Assembly: GCA_951406725.2 (NCBI GenBank)
Contig: OX597815.1
Location: 181,102,001 to 181,166,000, forward strand
DNA: 64,000 nucleotides
From: Octopus vulgaris
Lineage: Eukaryota
Direction: 5' to 3'
Position numbers and translations under genes: made by a program. The notes under the pieces were generated by a model. That model was not told where the DNA came from. It did not search any database and saw only the letters and a program-made list of their open reading frames with translations. Of this stretch, positions 51,239 through 64,000 are shown in pieces. Every line of letters begins with the position of its first letter. The stretch's first letter is position 1.

Positions 51239-51406
51239 CCTTTGTTGTCATCAATATTGAGTAAATTTCTGACAAAAACAAATGTATTTGTTATGTGATA
51301 CAAAATATACGTAAATCACAACCCACCTAATCGACAATATGTCTGCCTACGAAGCAAGACATCTCGTATTTTGTCATCCGTACTGTGGCTATAATAATTT
51401 CACGGA

Positions 51407-51626
51407 AGGCGGCGAGCCGGCAGAAACGTTAGCACGCCAGGCGGTATTTCGTCTGCCGTTAAGTTCTGAGTTCAAATTCCGCCGAGGTCGACTTTGCCTT
51501 TCATCCTTTCAGAGTCGATAAATAAAGTACCAGTTACGCACTGGGGTCGATATAATCGACTTAATCACTTTGTCTATCTTTGTTTGTCCCTTCTATGTTT
51601 AGGCCCTTGTGGGCAATAAAGAAATA
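51407..51626 (+). mobile_element. SINE family A
   Basis: Head GGCGGCGAGCCGGCAG and tail AAAGAAATA. Confidence 0.85.
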
Positions 51627-51927
51627 TATAATAATTTCATGGTCATATGGTTGTAATCAGTCCGCCTCTAAGTAGGTGATATGTGCTTGTAAAGCTTACT
51701 GCTGTTGGCAGCCAGAAAAAAGGAAAAAAAACAATAACTGATGAAAGGTTTGTTAGCTTATAATACCAGACAAAGTAAACGAAGGCATTCAGTGAAGCTG
51801 TATGTGGTGGAAGGTCACCGAGCATCAGGCAGATATTCTATTGAATTTTGAGGGATTCTACAACTATAATTCATAGGGGTCATGCTAGTTGAGGCTTTTG
51901 AAATTTTGTGAAGTATTAACCTGTTTT

Positions 51928-52176
51928 ATACATTATTTACATTTGACGGATATTTGTCCTCATCTTGTTTGTAGTTGACATGTTTCGGCTGATATACCCT
52001 CCAGCCTTCATCAGGTGTCTTGGGAAAATTTCGAACCTGGGTTCTCATTCCTAAAGTATTTTTCGATGTTATTACTATTATTATTATTATTATTATTATT
52101 CAGGTCACTGTCTGGAATTGAACTCGGAATCTTGGGGTTAGTAGCCCGCGCTCTGAACCACTACGCCATATGCCCG
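51928..52176 (-). mobile_element. tRNA-head/hammerhead element, monomer
   Basis: Reverse of head GGGCATATGGCGTAGTGG, (AAT)n and GACAC-CTGATGA-AGGCTG..CAGCC-GAAAC. Confidence 0.85.
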
Positions 52177-54484
52177 TTTTATAATTGGGATTAAGGCCAA
52201 TTATAACCTAAGTGGTTAAGGTCTTTCGGTTCCTTACGTTTAATCTTTCTCAGAATCATAGGATAGCGTGACGTTAAGTGGACGAATAATAATTCTACTC
52301 TTGGATAAGATGCAGGTCTCTCGCACTAGCTTTTTGGCGCCAACGAATTGGACTTCAGGTTGCAAGAAAACCTGCTACAATGCAATCATTATAATAGGAG
52401 TGAATTCTCCGATCAGAGTATGTTAGCAATGTTGATTTGTATAAGGAACATGAACCACCGTTCACATGATTAGTTTCCAAGAACCCCCTTGCACAGCTGT
52501 CTGCATTTTCTTAGATCTGCCAGGTGGCTATACACAGATAAAGTGTGATAGTTTCATCTAACTATACTAATTTTATTTCTTTATTGCCCTCAAGGGGCTA
52601 AACATAGAGGGGACAAACAAGGACAGACAAATGGATTAAGTCGATTATATCGACCCCAGTATGTAACTGGTACTTAGTTTATCGACTCCGAAAGAATGAA
52701 AGGCAAAGTCGACCTCGGCGGAATTCTAATCTAACTATAATAATTTATTCAACCAAATCTCGTGAGTTTATCTCGAAAAGGAAAAAAAAACCTTGTCAGA
52801 CTGGTTTCAGTCTAGATTCACTGTAGAAAACCTCTGAATGTTCTACTTAATGGGTTCAAAGTTCATTTCATTGCCTCTCCCATTCTGAAGGATCTAATTT
52901 TGAATGTGAGTGTGTGTGTGTGTGAAGCGTGTATGTGCGCGTGTGTGCATTTAAGAAATAAAACTGTGACATAGAAATAAGAAGAGAGAAGGACACCAAA
53001 TGTTAAGAAAAAATACTATATTGGTCATGTCTCGGTGACATTTATTCCCCTTTACCCTAATTATAATGGTAATTCGCTTCTAATGTCCTCTAGTATGAAT
53101 TTATTTCCTGTCTCTACCTAATGTGGATTCGCTTCCTTACAAAACTCCGTTATTTTTACGCAAAAGCATTTGACATTTAACCTTGACAAACTAATTGCTA
53201 TCAAGAATGTCCACTAACATGAAATATTTATAAGTATGGTTTCAAATCGTTGTCTTCAGTCCAATGTGGGTTTGTTCTACTTGTTTTCTAATCCCATTGT
53301 TACTAGGCTTCCTATTCGAAGACAAAATTTCTTTAAGCGGATTGTACACAAGCAATGTGCTGCGAGTAATAAACCGTATTTTCCAGTTCAATATCTCCCA
53401 CAAAATCCATTTTTTGTGTTTGCTGCGCTCTGTAGAGAAAGAGTTAAACTCCCAGTCAATTGACACCAGAAAGGGGCTCCTACCGTTTATTGAAATTCTT
53501 TAATACCTATTGCGTTGGTAACGCAATTCATAAATATATAAACATCACTTTACTATACACGATGGAAGAGAGAGGTTTTCTTTCTTGAAAACTTTTGCCA
53601 AAATCATTTCCATCGTTTTACTTACCGAACGATGCGTTTGTCGACTCACAACTTTATAGAGGAAGTTAATCGTATCAATAGCTTCAGTCTTGAAAGACAT
53701 GCGAAGGTCATGAACACATCGTCTTCCTCCAGACCAAGCCAATTATAATACCCAATAATCCAGTCATCAGCCTTTACCTGCTAAGTTAATAGAATATTTG
53801 TTTCTTACAAAGTCAAAAGAACTCAAATATGATGATTATGTATACTTCAGGGCATTAATTGTAGTGTACGCAACTGTTCTTTTTTTAAAAACTTGGATGA
53901 CTGTTCGTGTATGTCTACCACATACACACATATTTAACTACATCCCCATACACATATGTACATGTGTGTTTGTGTATGAGAGACAGACTATGCGAATTAT
54001 ATTTTATCGATCCTGGATAGATGGAAGCAAAGTTGGTTTCGGCGGAATTTGAACTTACAATGTAGAGAGTTAGATCAAATATCGCACGGTATTTTTCCTA
54101 ACGCTCTACCGTTTCTGCCATTTCACCTCTTCACCGAGCCCATTCGCAGTAGTTTTTGTTATAACGATATCTTTTTGTAATAATAATTCTTTCTAAGGCA
54201 GCGAGCAGACAAAATCGTTAGCACGCCGGGCAAAGTGCTTAGCGGCATTTCGTCTGATTTTGTTCTGAGTTCAAATTCCGCCGAGGTCGTCTTTGTCTTT
54301 CACCCATTTCGGGGTCGATAAAATGAGCACCGGGGTTGATGTAATCAACTTACCCCTCCCGCCAAAATTACTGGCCTTATGCCAAAATTAGAAACCAATA
54401 ATTCTGTCTCCCTTGGTCAAAATGTCCCATACTTATTGTACAAAAAGAGTCATATATATGTAACATATGGTATAATTATATAAC

Positions 54485-54766
54485 GGGCATATGGCGTAGT
54501 GATTAAGAGCGCGGGCTACTAACCCCAAGAATCCGAGTTGGATTCCAGGCAGTGACCTGAGTAATAATAATGATGATAAAAATGATAATAACATCGAAAA
54601 AATTACCTTAGGAATGAGAACCCAGGTTCGAAATTTCCCCAAGACACCTGATGAAGGCTAGAGGATATATCAGCCCAAACGTTGTGTTAACAACAAACAA
54701 GATGAGGACAAATACACGTCAAATGTAAATAATGTACATACTTCCTCATCTCTTAAATATAGAACT
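54485..54766 (+). mobile_element. tRNA-head/hammerhead element, full-length monomer
   Basis: Head, (AAT)n, hammerhead with a GAAA->CAAA change, and end TCTTAAATATAGAACT. Confidence 0.85.
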
Positions 54767-54974
54767 ACAGGGAAAATTTTAGCTTTTTCTCCGCAGACTG
54801 AAAAAAAAATTATGAACAGCCTTAATTGATAGAGGCGTCCACATCAATTTGACAGTCTGTAGAGAAGGAAGCAGCTAAACTGTTTATATACTCAACTAAT
54901 GCAGCAGTTACTCTATGAAGGAGCCCCTAATTTGCATACCGAAAGTGTTTAAATAAATACCTGTGGCCTGTCAA

Positions 54975-55243
54975 TCATCATCAATTAACGTCTGTTTCTC
55001 ACGCTGGCAAAGGCTGGACGGTTTAACAGGAGCTGGCAAGCCGGAGAGCAACGCAGGCTCCAAATGTCTGTTTCGTCATATTTTCTACGGTTGGCTGCCC
55101 TTCCTAACGCCAATAGCTTTACAGAGTGTACTGGGTGATTTCTACGTGGCACCAGCGCCGGTGCTTTATTCGTAGCACCAGCACCGTTGCTTTTAACGTG
55201 ACACCAGCAAGGGCACTTTATACGTGACACCTGCACAGGCACC
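54975..55243 (-). mobile_element. RTE-associated 3' UTR fragment with ~24-bp internal repeats
   Basis: Homologous to 13135-13372 (TTTCTACGG..TGCCCTTCCTAACGCC). Confidence 0.6.
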
Positions 55244-55359
55244 AAATTATTCTATCGTTACTAATATTTTCTTCACTGAATTAAAACCTCAGGTAATCTT
55301 CAAATGATCTAAAAACAAACAAAAACTATAATTAAGCTTGTCGTTAGAAATTAATATAC

Positions 55360-55361
<2 letters not shown>

Positions 55362-55401
<40 letters not shown>

Positions 55402-55627
55402 CGCTAAGTCGAAGTCGGCTCTCTGTTACTCGATGCATCAGTGTTCTCCAGCCAGTTCTATCCTGAGTCGCTTCTTTCAGATTGGCTATGGCTATTCCTG
55501 TGTCACTCTTGGTGGTGTCAAACCAGCGGGTTCTCGGTCGGCCTCTTCCTCTCTTGCCACTGACCATTCCGAGCATGATGTCCTTCTCCAGGGGTTTTCT
55601 CCGCATAATATGACCAAAATATGTCAA
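55362..55627 (-). mobile_element. 5'-truncated RTE (BovB-like) LINE 3' end with (ATAG)n tail
   Basis: YFGHIMRR..LEKDIMLG...GKRGRGRPRTRW.D...DRTGWR...HRVTESRLRLSG* followed by (GATA)n. Confidence 0.9.
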
Positions 55628-56649
55628 ATATACTTATGAAAAAATGTAGATATATAATAGTGGAAGTTATGCAGACTTTATACTATTAGACTTTATATTA
55701 TCGGAAAATTACTCGTGTTCTTAACTCAGACAAGAGACTTTTCATAACGATGTGTTACTCTATATATATTCGTTCTACCATTACACATACATTCCCCCCC
55801 TCTCTCTCTCTCATACACATACAAGCACACATACGTAATTTGTTTTGATAATCAATTAATATATTATATTTGGAGTCAACATTAGTTTTATATATTTCTA
55901 GTAAAAAAAAGGTTTATGGAATATACAAGTGAAAGGGGATTGTTTTTATGCTACAGTGATTCCCCACCTCCACCTTATAATTTTAGGCATAATTTCTACC
56001 TGAAATACCCCGCCCCCACCCCTTGCATAGCGAAGGCGAATCTGATGTAAAGGAATGGAGACATTCGGTCGAGGTGTTTATATGTTTTAATGTAAACAGT
56101 TTGCTACTTAAACATGCTTAAAAGGTTTAACTGGTTCCTTTCAGACTTTGTGTATCAAATACAAATTCCACTCTGCTGGCGGTAATAATTCTTAAGATAT
56201 CTATTTACATACTATAAACCATTCTGTTCTATTTCTTCAGGTAAAGTAGGCATAGAGTTTTGTGTTACTAGAAGTATTGGCCTTCGGATATACCTACTCT
56301 GTAGACTCGTAAAGTTCCCTTGGAGGTGATTTTTAGATTTTGCAGTAAATAAGTAAATTAAACAAGAGCTGTGGTAAGAAACTTTCTTCCAAACCAAATG
56401 GTACCGAGTTCAGTCCCGCTGCACGGCACCTTCGGTTAGCGTCTTTTATTATAGTCTCGGAGTAACCAAAGACTTGTGAATGGATCCGATAGACGGAAAC
56501 TGAAAGAAGCTCGTCGTGTATGTGTATTGGTAGACAAAATTTCCTTTTCTAAGGGCGACATCATTCCACTGCCAACAATATTGTTCCAATATTTTTTAAT
56601 TACGTAATCTCTTTATTCAAGAGAATATGAATTCCATTGGTCTGTGACA

Positions 56650-57560
<911 letters not shown>

Positions 57561-57589
57561 TGTAAATAAAATATTATGTTGTTTTAAGT

Positions 57590-57810
57590 GTTGTTCTTGC
57601 TGTTTGCCTTTTGCAACGGTGGTAGTGGTAGGTGGTGGTGGAGGTGGTGATGGTGAAGGCGGCAGCAGCTGTTGTTGTTTGTTTGTTTTTGTTACAGCTA
57701 CTGCTGCTGTTGCTGCTACTTATGCTGTTCGTTCCGGTGTTGTTATGATTCATGTTGATGTTCGTGATGGTGTTGCTGCTGCTGTTGTTGTTGTTGTTGT
57801 TGTTTTTGTT
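57590..57810. repeat. (GTT)/(GGT)/(GCT) trinucleotide low-complexity tract
   Basis: Direct reading. Confidence 0.85.
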
Positions 57811-58011
57811 TTCGCATTCCTTAACTTTCGTTGGGAGTGGCTGCTACCTCACATGCCGGTCGGCTACAGTTGCTGAAATCATCTCCGCTTCTAGAGCTTG
57901 TTATCAGAATCACCAGCTAACACTTGAAAAAGGGAGATAATCTCACGATTAAGAATTTTCTGAAATTGACAAAGCCATTGAAGGAAACGGAGAGGTTTAT
58001 TGTCTGGAGAT

Positions 58012-58340
58012 GTGAAGGTGCATGGCTTAGAGGTTAGGGCATTCGAGACTCACGATTGTAAGGTCGTGAGTTCAATTCCCGGCGACGTGATGTGTCCTTG
58101 AGCAAGACACTTTATTTCACGTTGCTCCAGTCCACTCAGCTGGCAAAAATGAGTTGTACCTGTATTTCAAAGGGCCATCTTGTCACACTCTGTGTCACAC
58201 TGAATGTCCCTGAGATTAAGGTACGCATTAAGGGTACACGTGTCTGTGGAGTGCTCAGCCACTTGCAACATAATTTCATGAGCAAGCTGTTCCGTTGATC
58301 GTATCAGCTGGGACGCTCATCGTCGCAACCGACGGAGTGT
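58012..58340 (+). mobile_element. SINE with family D head and family C-type tail
   Basis: Head GTGAAGGTGCATGGCTTAG and tail GTCACACTCTGTGTCAC..CGCAACCGACGGAGTG. Confidence 0.85.
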
Positions 58341-59234
58341 TCCTAATTGTGTGAAGATAAGAGGGCAGTCGTGGACTTGTGTTTAACGTCCTTAATAGTT
58401 TTCATCATCAAGAGTATTTATTGATTGGTATTTAACATACCTGTATTTTGTCTTTGTTATTTATACGCATGTCACTGGCGACTTCGAGTTATTTCCCTTA
58501 GCTCATTTTTGCTTAAATTATGCAAATTACTCAGACCATAACTGTTTTCTAGTCTGTTCGTCTGGTTTCATATGTATTGTAGCCGCCAAAAGCGGCGAGC
58601 TAGCAGAACATGCCGGACAAAATGCTAATCGGATTTCGTCCGGCTTTACGTTCTGAGTTCAAATTTCGCCTAAATCGAATTTGCCTTTCATGCCGATAAA
58701 GTGAGTACGAGTCAGGTACTGGGGTCGATGTAATCGACTCCTCGCCCCCACTTAAAAACTGCTTTGCCCTGTGCCGAAATTTAAAGCCACTTTTATTGTT
58801 GTTGCTGTTGTTGTTATTGGCAGAATAGCGTTGAGCAAAATGCTTTACAGTATTTCTGTCGGCTCTTTATGTTCTGGGTTGAAATTCCATCGAGGTCAAT
58901 CTTGCATTTCTTCTTTCCAATAAAATAAAAAGCCAGGCAGGTATCGGGTGTCGATATATCCGACTAACATTTCTCTTTCCTTTAATGAGAAATCTTGAAC
59001 CTATGCTTGAAAGGAATATTAGCCACGCGGTAGAGAGCTATTATATCCCTTTAAAATGTGATTTCGAATCCTCACAAAGTTAACTTTGCTGTTTAATGTT
59101 CTGTGGTCTATAATAAGCATTTTGGAAGATGAAAAGAAAAGGAACTACGTTTGTCTTGTTGGACAAAAGTGAATAAAAAGAAAACTATTATCATTTAAGG
59201 CTACTGGAACAACATTAAAAAAAATTATCATCTA

Positions 59235-59598
59235 CAGCGTGATTCAAAAGTCGCATTACACAGGAAAAAAATTTTTTTTTATAAGAAACTGTTTATAAGG
59301 TCCCCTAGATCCCCTGATCTGACCCTTCTTGATTTCTATCTTTGGGGGCATTTGAAAGCCATGGTGTATCGTGGAAAGATAAAAGACAAATCATTTGAAG
59401 GAACGCATCACCAACTGATTTGCACACGTATCACCAGATTTGCTATTATGAGTTCACAATGAGTGGGGTAAACGTGTTGCAATGTTTATTCAAAACAATG
59501 GTAACCATATAGAGCCTGTTAAAAAAAACTGTTCTTATAAACTATTTCTTATAGAAAGATAAATTGTTCCTATGCATGGTGACTTTTGAATCACCTTG
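59235..59598 (+). mobile_element. Internally deleted Tc1/mariner (DD37D-like) element
   Basis: TA|CAGCGTGATTCAAAAGTC ... GACTTTTGAATCACCTTG|TA TIRs, with internal PRSPDLTLLDFYLWGHLKAMVY. Confidence 0.9.
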
Positions 59599-60158
59599 TA
59601 TTATAATGTAATTGTTACACAAATTTTTTAATGATGTCAAAATATTTGCATGTTCTATATTGACGTATGGTGTAGTGTTAAAACATTTTAAATCAGGCTG
59701 AATGCAGGCATCTGAGATTCTATGGTAGATGTAAGACTAGCAAGCTTACCTGCTTTCTCAACAGACAATAAACATCTTTCTATCCCTACCTCCTTCCCTA
59801 GAATCGATTATTCATGTAGATTTCGCCTTTAGTTTTTGTTGCTTCAGCCATTTAGGGAAATGGAAACATTCACTGTAAAATATCACATTAGGAGATTATC
59901 TCAGACTTTTTTTGTAGCAATATAAAACATTCATTTATTTGTAGCCACTGCAAAATTAAGAATTTTGATCTATTTTTCCATAGTGAATTTCACTTATTGT
60001 TTGTTAATCAGAGTTAAAGAATACAGAGAATTATACGTTATATATTCACTAAAGTCGGCGCGCCGAATGTGGCCTGCAGTCGTAATTTGTCAATACCTGG
60101 TTTTCTCAATCAGTCACATCCATGCCAACAAATGCAAATCATTTTTAAGGGTCTCTAA

Positions 60159-60651
60159 CCTTTATCATTTAAACTGGCCATGTCTGACCCAAATATTCTA
60201 CCTGTTTTATGTTCAAACTGGCTAGATCCGGCCTCTCACACCAACCCTAGAATGTTATTCTAAAAATAACAGTCACATCATCAAAATCCCAAAGCTACAA
60301 GATAATGCATGACTAATTAAAAACAAGTGGAGGCGCGTGGCTTAGTGGTTAGGATGTCAGCACCATGATCGTAAGATTGTGATTTCGATTCCTGGACCAG
60401 GCGACGCGTTGTGTTCTTGGGCAAAACACTTCATTTTACGTTGCTCCAGTCCACTCAGCTGGTAAAAATGAGTAACGCTGCGATGGACTGGTGTCCCATC
60501 CAGCTGGGGAACACATACGCTATAGAAACTGGGAAACCGGGACCAATGAGCCTGGCTAGGCTTTAAAAAGGGCGCATTTATTTTTTATTAATTAAAAACA
60601 ATATGAATAAATGAGCTTTACATTTGGGAGAGTAATGCAAATGCTAACGGG
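60159..60651. mobile_element. piggyBac-like MITE carrying a nested SINE (60327-60580, TSD TAATTAAAAACAA)
   Basis: Ends CCTTTATCATTT / AAATGCTAACGGG. The nested SINE has a tRNA head and a GCGATGGACTGG..TCCAG (V-domain-like) core. Confidence 0.6.
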
Positions 60652-61329
60652 TTGGACAAGTCCATCTGTTAGACTCTCCAATGTGTAAATGCTTTGCAGG
60701 GCTTAGTTATATCGCTTTGCCTCTGAGTCCAAGTCATACTGGGCTCGAATTTCATTATTCCAGGGTTGTTATTATTGCTGACTAATCTCAGATCTTTCCT
60801 GATCAAGCAAAACTATGTTCAAAGGCATCCCAGTCGTTGTCATGTTTTTTACGAAGTGTAGAAAAACCCATGACTGCATTATTCAATGCGCCCCTTTCTA
60901 AGATAGTGGTGCGTATAGGAATGTAGAGGCTTCCTCAAAGGCTCTGCTTTAGGGGTCATGAAAATCAATAGCATCAAATACTAAAATTGATTAAATCGCT
61001 TATAGTATGTGGTTTTGGACCTAAGGAGAAAACCCTTATAATCAAAGTGCTAGGAGAAGACAGTGAATTAGTAGAATGGATACAAAGTCGGGAAAATCTA
61101 CTTTCTGAATTCAAATTCCGTCATGGTTTTGAAGAATGAGCTTTGGTAGTTTGTAATTCTAGCCTGTGTTCTTCGTTAAGATTTTCTTGATAGCAATTAA
61201 ATGCTTTACACATGAAAAGAAATTTAAAGAAGAATGTTGCGATCAACGAGGTGACTCTCAGTGACCTTTTTGAGTGCACAGTTTATGAGAGACCATGCCT
61301 TTGTTTTGCTGGGCTCAAATCTCATTTGT

Positions 61330-61630
61330 AGACCCATGAAAAACGAATCTCCACCAACAATTCTGCCTATATACCTGTGCACACCTTTCAATGCCGTTTA
61401 TGCAATAAGGTCGGCAATTCTAACGGAGGCCTCAAAAAACGTTTTAAGATCCACAAAGATCAGAACTTATCTGCAGCTCTTGGTGGTCCAAATCAGATAT
61501 ACAATCTATGTGGGTGTCTTTTCAATACATTGTCTGGTTTAAAAAGCCACATCAGATGCCATGATGGATCTGAGGTGCAAGTACAAGAGGTGGTCAGACT
61601 CTGCATAAGGAGCAGACAGTCACCATGTGT
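61330..61630 (+). mobile_element. Retrotransposon 3' fragment with two C2H2-like fingers (RTE-like)
   Basis: FQCRLCNKVGNSNGGLKKRFKIH...NLCGCLFNTLSGLKSHIRCH, ending at (TG)n. Homologue at 16200-16380. Confidence 0.65.
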
Positions 61631-63424
61631 GTGTGAATGTTTCTCTAAATATTTATGTATGTAAGTACACAAAATATGGGTTTTAGTTCATAAGTGATTT
61701 AAACGATTAGGTGTGCTAGGTAAGTGCTGTAACATATTACTGGGGCTCCAAGGTTATAGCCGAGGCAGTAGTGGTGGAGCCATTGCAGGTTTCCGATGCA
61801 GCAGATATATAATTGTTAAAGAGGACGGCAAACATTAAGGCAAGGTAAACATCTCAAGCTGTATACAATATTATTATTGGATAAAATTCGAACAATCCTA
61901 GAAATGTCTATGTAATTGATGAATCAGTATTATAGCAGGTCAAAATGACTTGAGCTAAAATTTGAACCCGATATTAGAAGTGGTTATGTCATCTGTCCTT
62001 TGCATTGCGATCATCAGAGGTATGGGGAAAAGGGAAAACAGTGGCTGTGGTGAAGTTGAAAACAGAAAACAAAATTTTTAAAGATAAGTGGATTAAGAAG
62101 AGAAATAGATGGGTGGGAGACTGAGGGAGAGGGGTGGGGAGAGATATAAAAAGTCGGCAGTCATCTGCGATCAAAAAAGGCATTCAAACAACAGAATATA
62201 TAGAAGGGAAGAGTGAGTTAGAGATAAAGAAATATCCTGAGAGAGTAGAGGCAGAAAGAAATATAGAGCTTTACAATGGATATGGTGCGTGCGGTAGGGT
62301 TGGGCGAAATAGAGAAACATTGTAGTCAGAGACACTGGGAATGAGTGAACGTCACAAACCCGCACACGCACGCACACACATACGTATCTATGTAAATATA
62401 TACAGAAGTATACAAAAGAGTAATATCTGTAAAATTCGAACGCTAAACCTGCTGCGTGTATTTCTATCAAACTCTCTCTCTCTTTCTTCCCCTCTCTCTC
62501 AACACCGGTTGTCTAGCGGTAGTGGGTGACAGACACAAGTATACACACGCAGTGAGACTGAACCCGGAACCATGTGGTTGAGAAGCAAACTTACCACACA
62601 GCCACGCCTGTATCTAAATTGCTGGCAATAGCTCCCACACATTCTTGTTTCACTTATAAGCAATTCTCCCAATGGAGAAACGGGAAAGTTGTCTTATTTA
62701 GTTTTCACCTACTTTTACTTAATGTGAATAGGCTAGTTGTTGTTTTTTTTTAAACAAGTGCTGAATACAATGTTTTTACCCAATAAATGTACAGCTGCCC
62801 AAAAGTTGCATTTAAATGTGGCATATAAATAAATCTTTAATCAAAAACAATATAATGATTCATGAATGCTGTCAAATTAGCCACAGCCTATGAATTTGTA
62901 GAATAGAAAAGAAATTGAATTGAATAATTAATTTAAAAGTTATTAAAGCAAGCGGAAAAGCGTGTAGTTTAAATCGGTACAGAATTTTATCAACTTACGA
63001 AGCATACCATAGTACGATTCCATCAAGTTCCTGACAATACAAAGTGTAAATATAACGAATTAAAGATTATGAACAAAAGAATAGACAATGGCGAGGTTGG
63101 GGAGTAACTAATTGTCCCGCGAAGACCCATACTTCATGAGAAGAAAAAGGGACGAAAGCGGAGGGTTGAGAATGTAAAAAAGAACTGTCCTTTTTAGTTT
63201 TTTTCTTTGTTTCAAAATCGTAATTTTTGTTGTATCAAAATACAGAAATACTAAAAAAGTGAAGGTTAAAAAAAACAAAAAAAAAAAAAACAATTTTCAG
63301 AAAATATGTGACTTCGAAGTAGAGCTTTTCCAAAACTCTGGCCATTAACCTAAATAAATCATGTTATTCTTGTATTTAGATTTACAAAAGTTTCATTAGC
63401 AAAAGTTTCATTTCGCTTAATTTC

Positions 63425-63785
63425 TTTTCCTCGTTTCCGTCATAGAACAGCGGCCATGCAGGAGCACCGACTTGAAGTATTTCGCAGAACAAATCGCTCC
63501 TAGTAATTGTTTTTAATGTCTGGGACTTATTCTATCTGACGCTTTCGCCGAAAAGGCAAAGTTACGTGGACGGATGGGGGAGACAAACACAAACGCAAAA
63601 CAACTCCCCCCCAGACACACACATGCACATACGTATATACATATACGATCACAGTTTCTGTTTAACAAAACCACTCACAAAGCATTGGCCAGCTCGCGTC
63701 TGTTGTAGAAAACACTTGTCCAAGATGTCGCTCATTGGGAATAATCTCAATACGACGTGATTTACCAAACGTGCTTTTTAACCAT
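63425..63785 (-). mobile_element. Old family B SINE
   Basis: Diverged reverse tail and body. Confidence 0.65.
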
Positions 63786-63787
63786 AT

Positions 63788-64000
63788 ATATTTCTTTACT
63801 ACCCACAAGGGGCTAAACACAGAGGAGACAAACAAGGACAGACAAACGGATTAAGTCGATTACATCGACCCCAGTGCGTAACTGGTACTTAATTTATCGA
63901 CCCCGGAAGGATGAAAGGCAAAGTCGACCTCGGCGATATTTGAACTCGGAACGTAACGGCAGACGAAATACGGCAACGCATTTCGCCCGGCGTGCTAACG
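63788..64000 (-). mobile_element. SINE family A running off the window end
   Basis: Tail TATTTCTTTACTACCCAC and core motifs. Confidence 0.9.

Noticed and set aside
51737-51775. Hammerhead at CTGATGA
   Set aside because: No GAAA at the required position and no convincing stems I/III.

Overview
AT-rich, repeat-saturated animal genomic DNA. The SINE families, (TA)n/(CA)n density and LINE content suggest an octopus/coleoid cephalopod, which is an inference. No host protein-coding gene could be recognised, and almost all short ORFs in the track are repeat or microsatellite noise. The window holds dozens of tRNA-derived SINEs (four head types with interchangeable tails) and three CR1-group LINEs: one almost intact with a single in-frame TGA, one 5'-truncated with an open 595-aa RT ORF, and one decayed. 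There are also fragments of RTE, R4/Dong, Penelope-like (Naiad-type), Tc1/mariner and Helitron elements, several hAT/piggyBac/Helitron non-autonomous elements, and a 4.3-kb near-identical duplication across a 100-N gap (probably an assembly artefact). The most interesting signal is a ~280-bp repeat family at four loci. It fuses a tRNA-like Pol III head to a minimal type I hammerhead ribozyme of the kind found in Penelope pLTRs, often inserts as a head-to-head fold-back, and at one locus sits inside a Penelope RT. It is a candidate ribozyme-bearing, Penelope-mobilised SINE/retrozyme.
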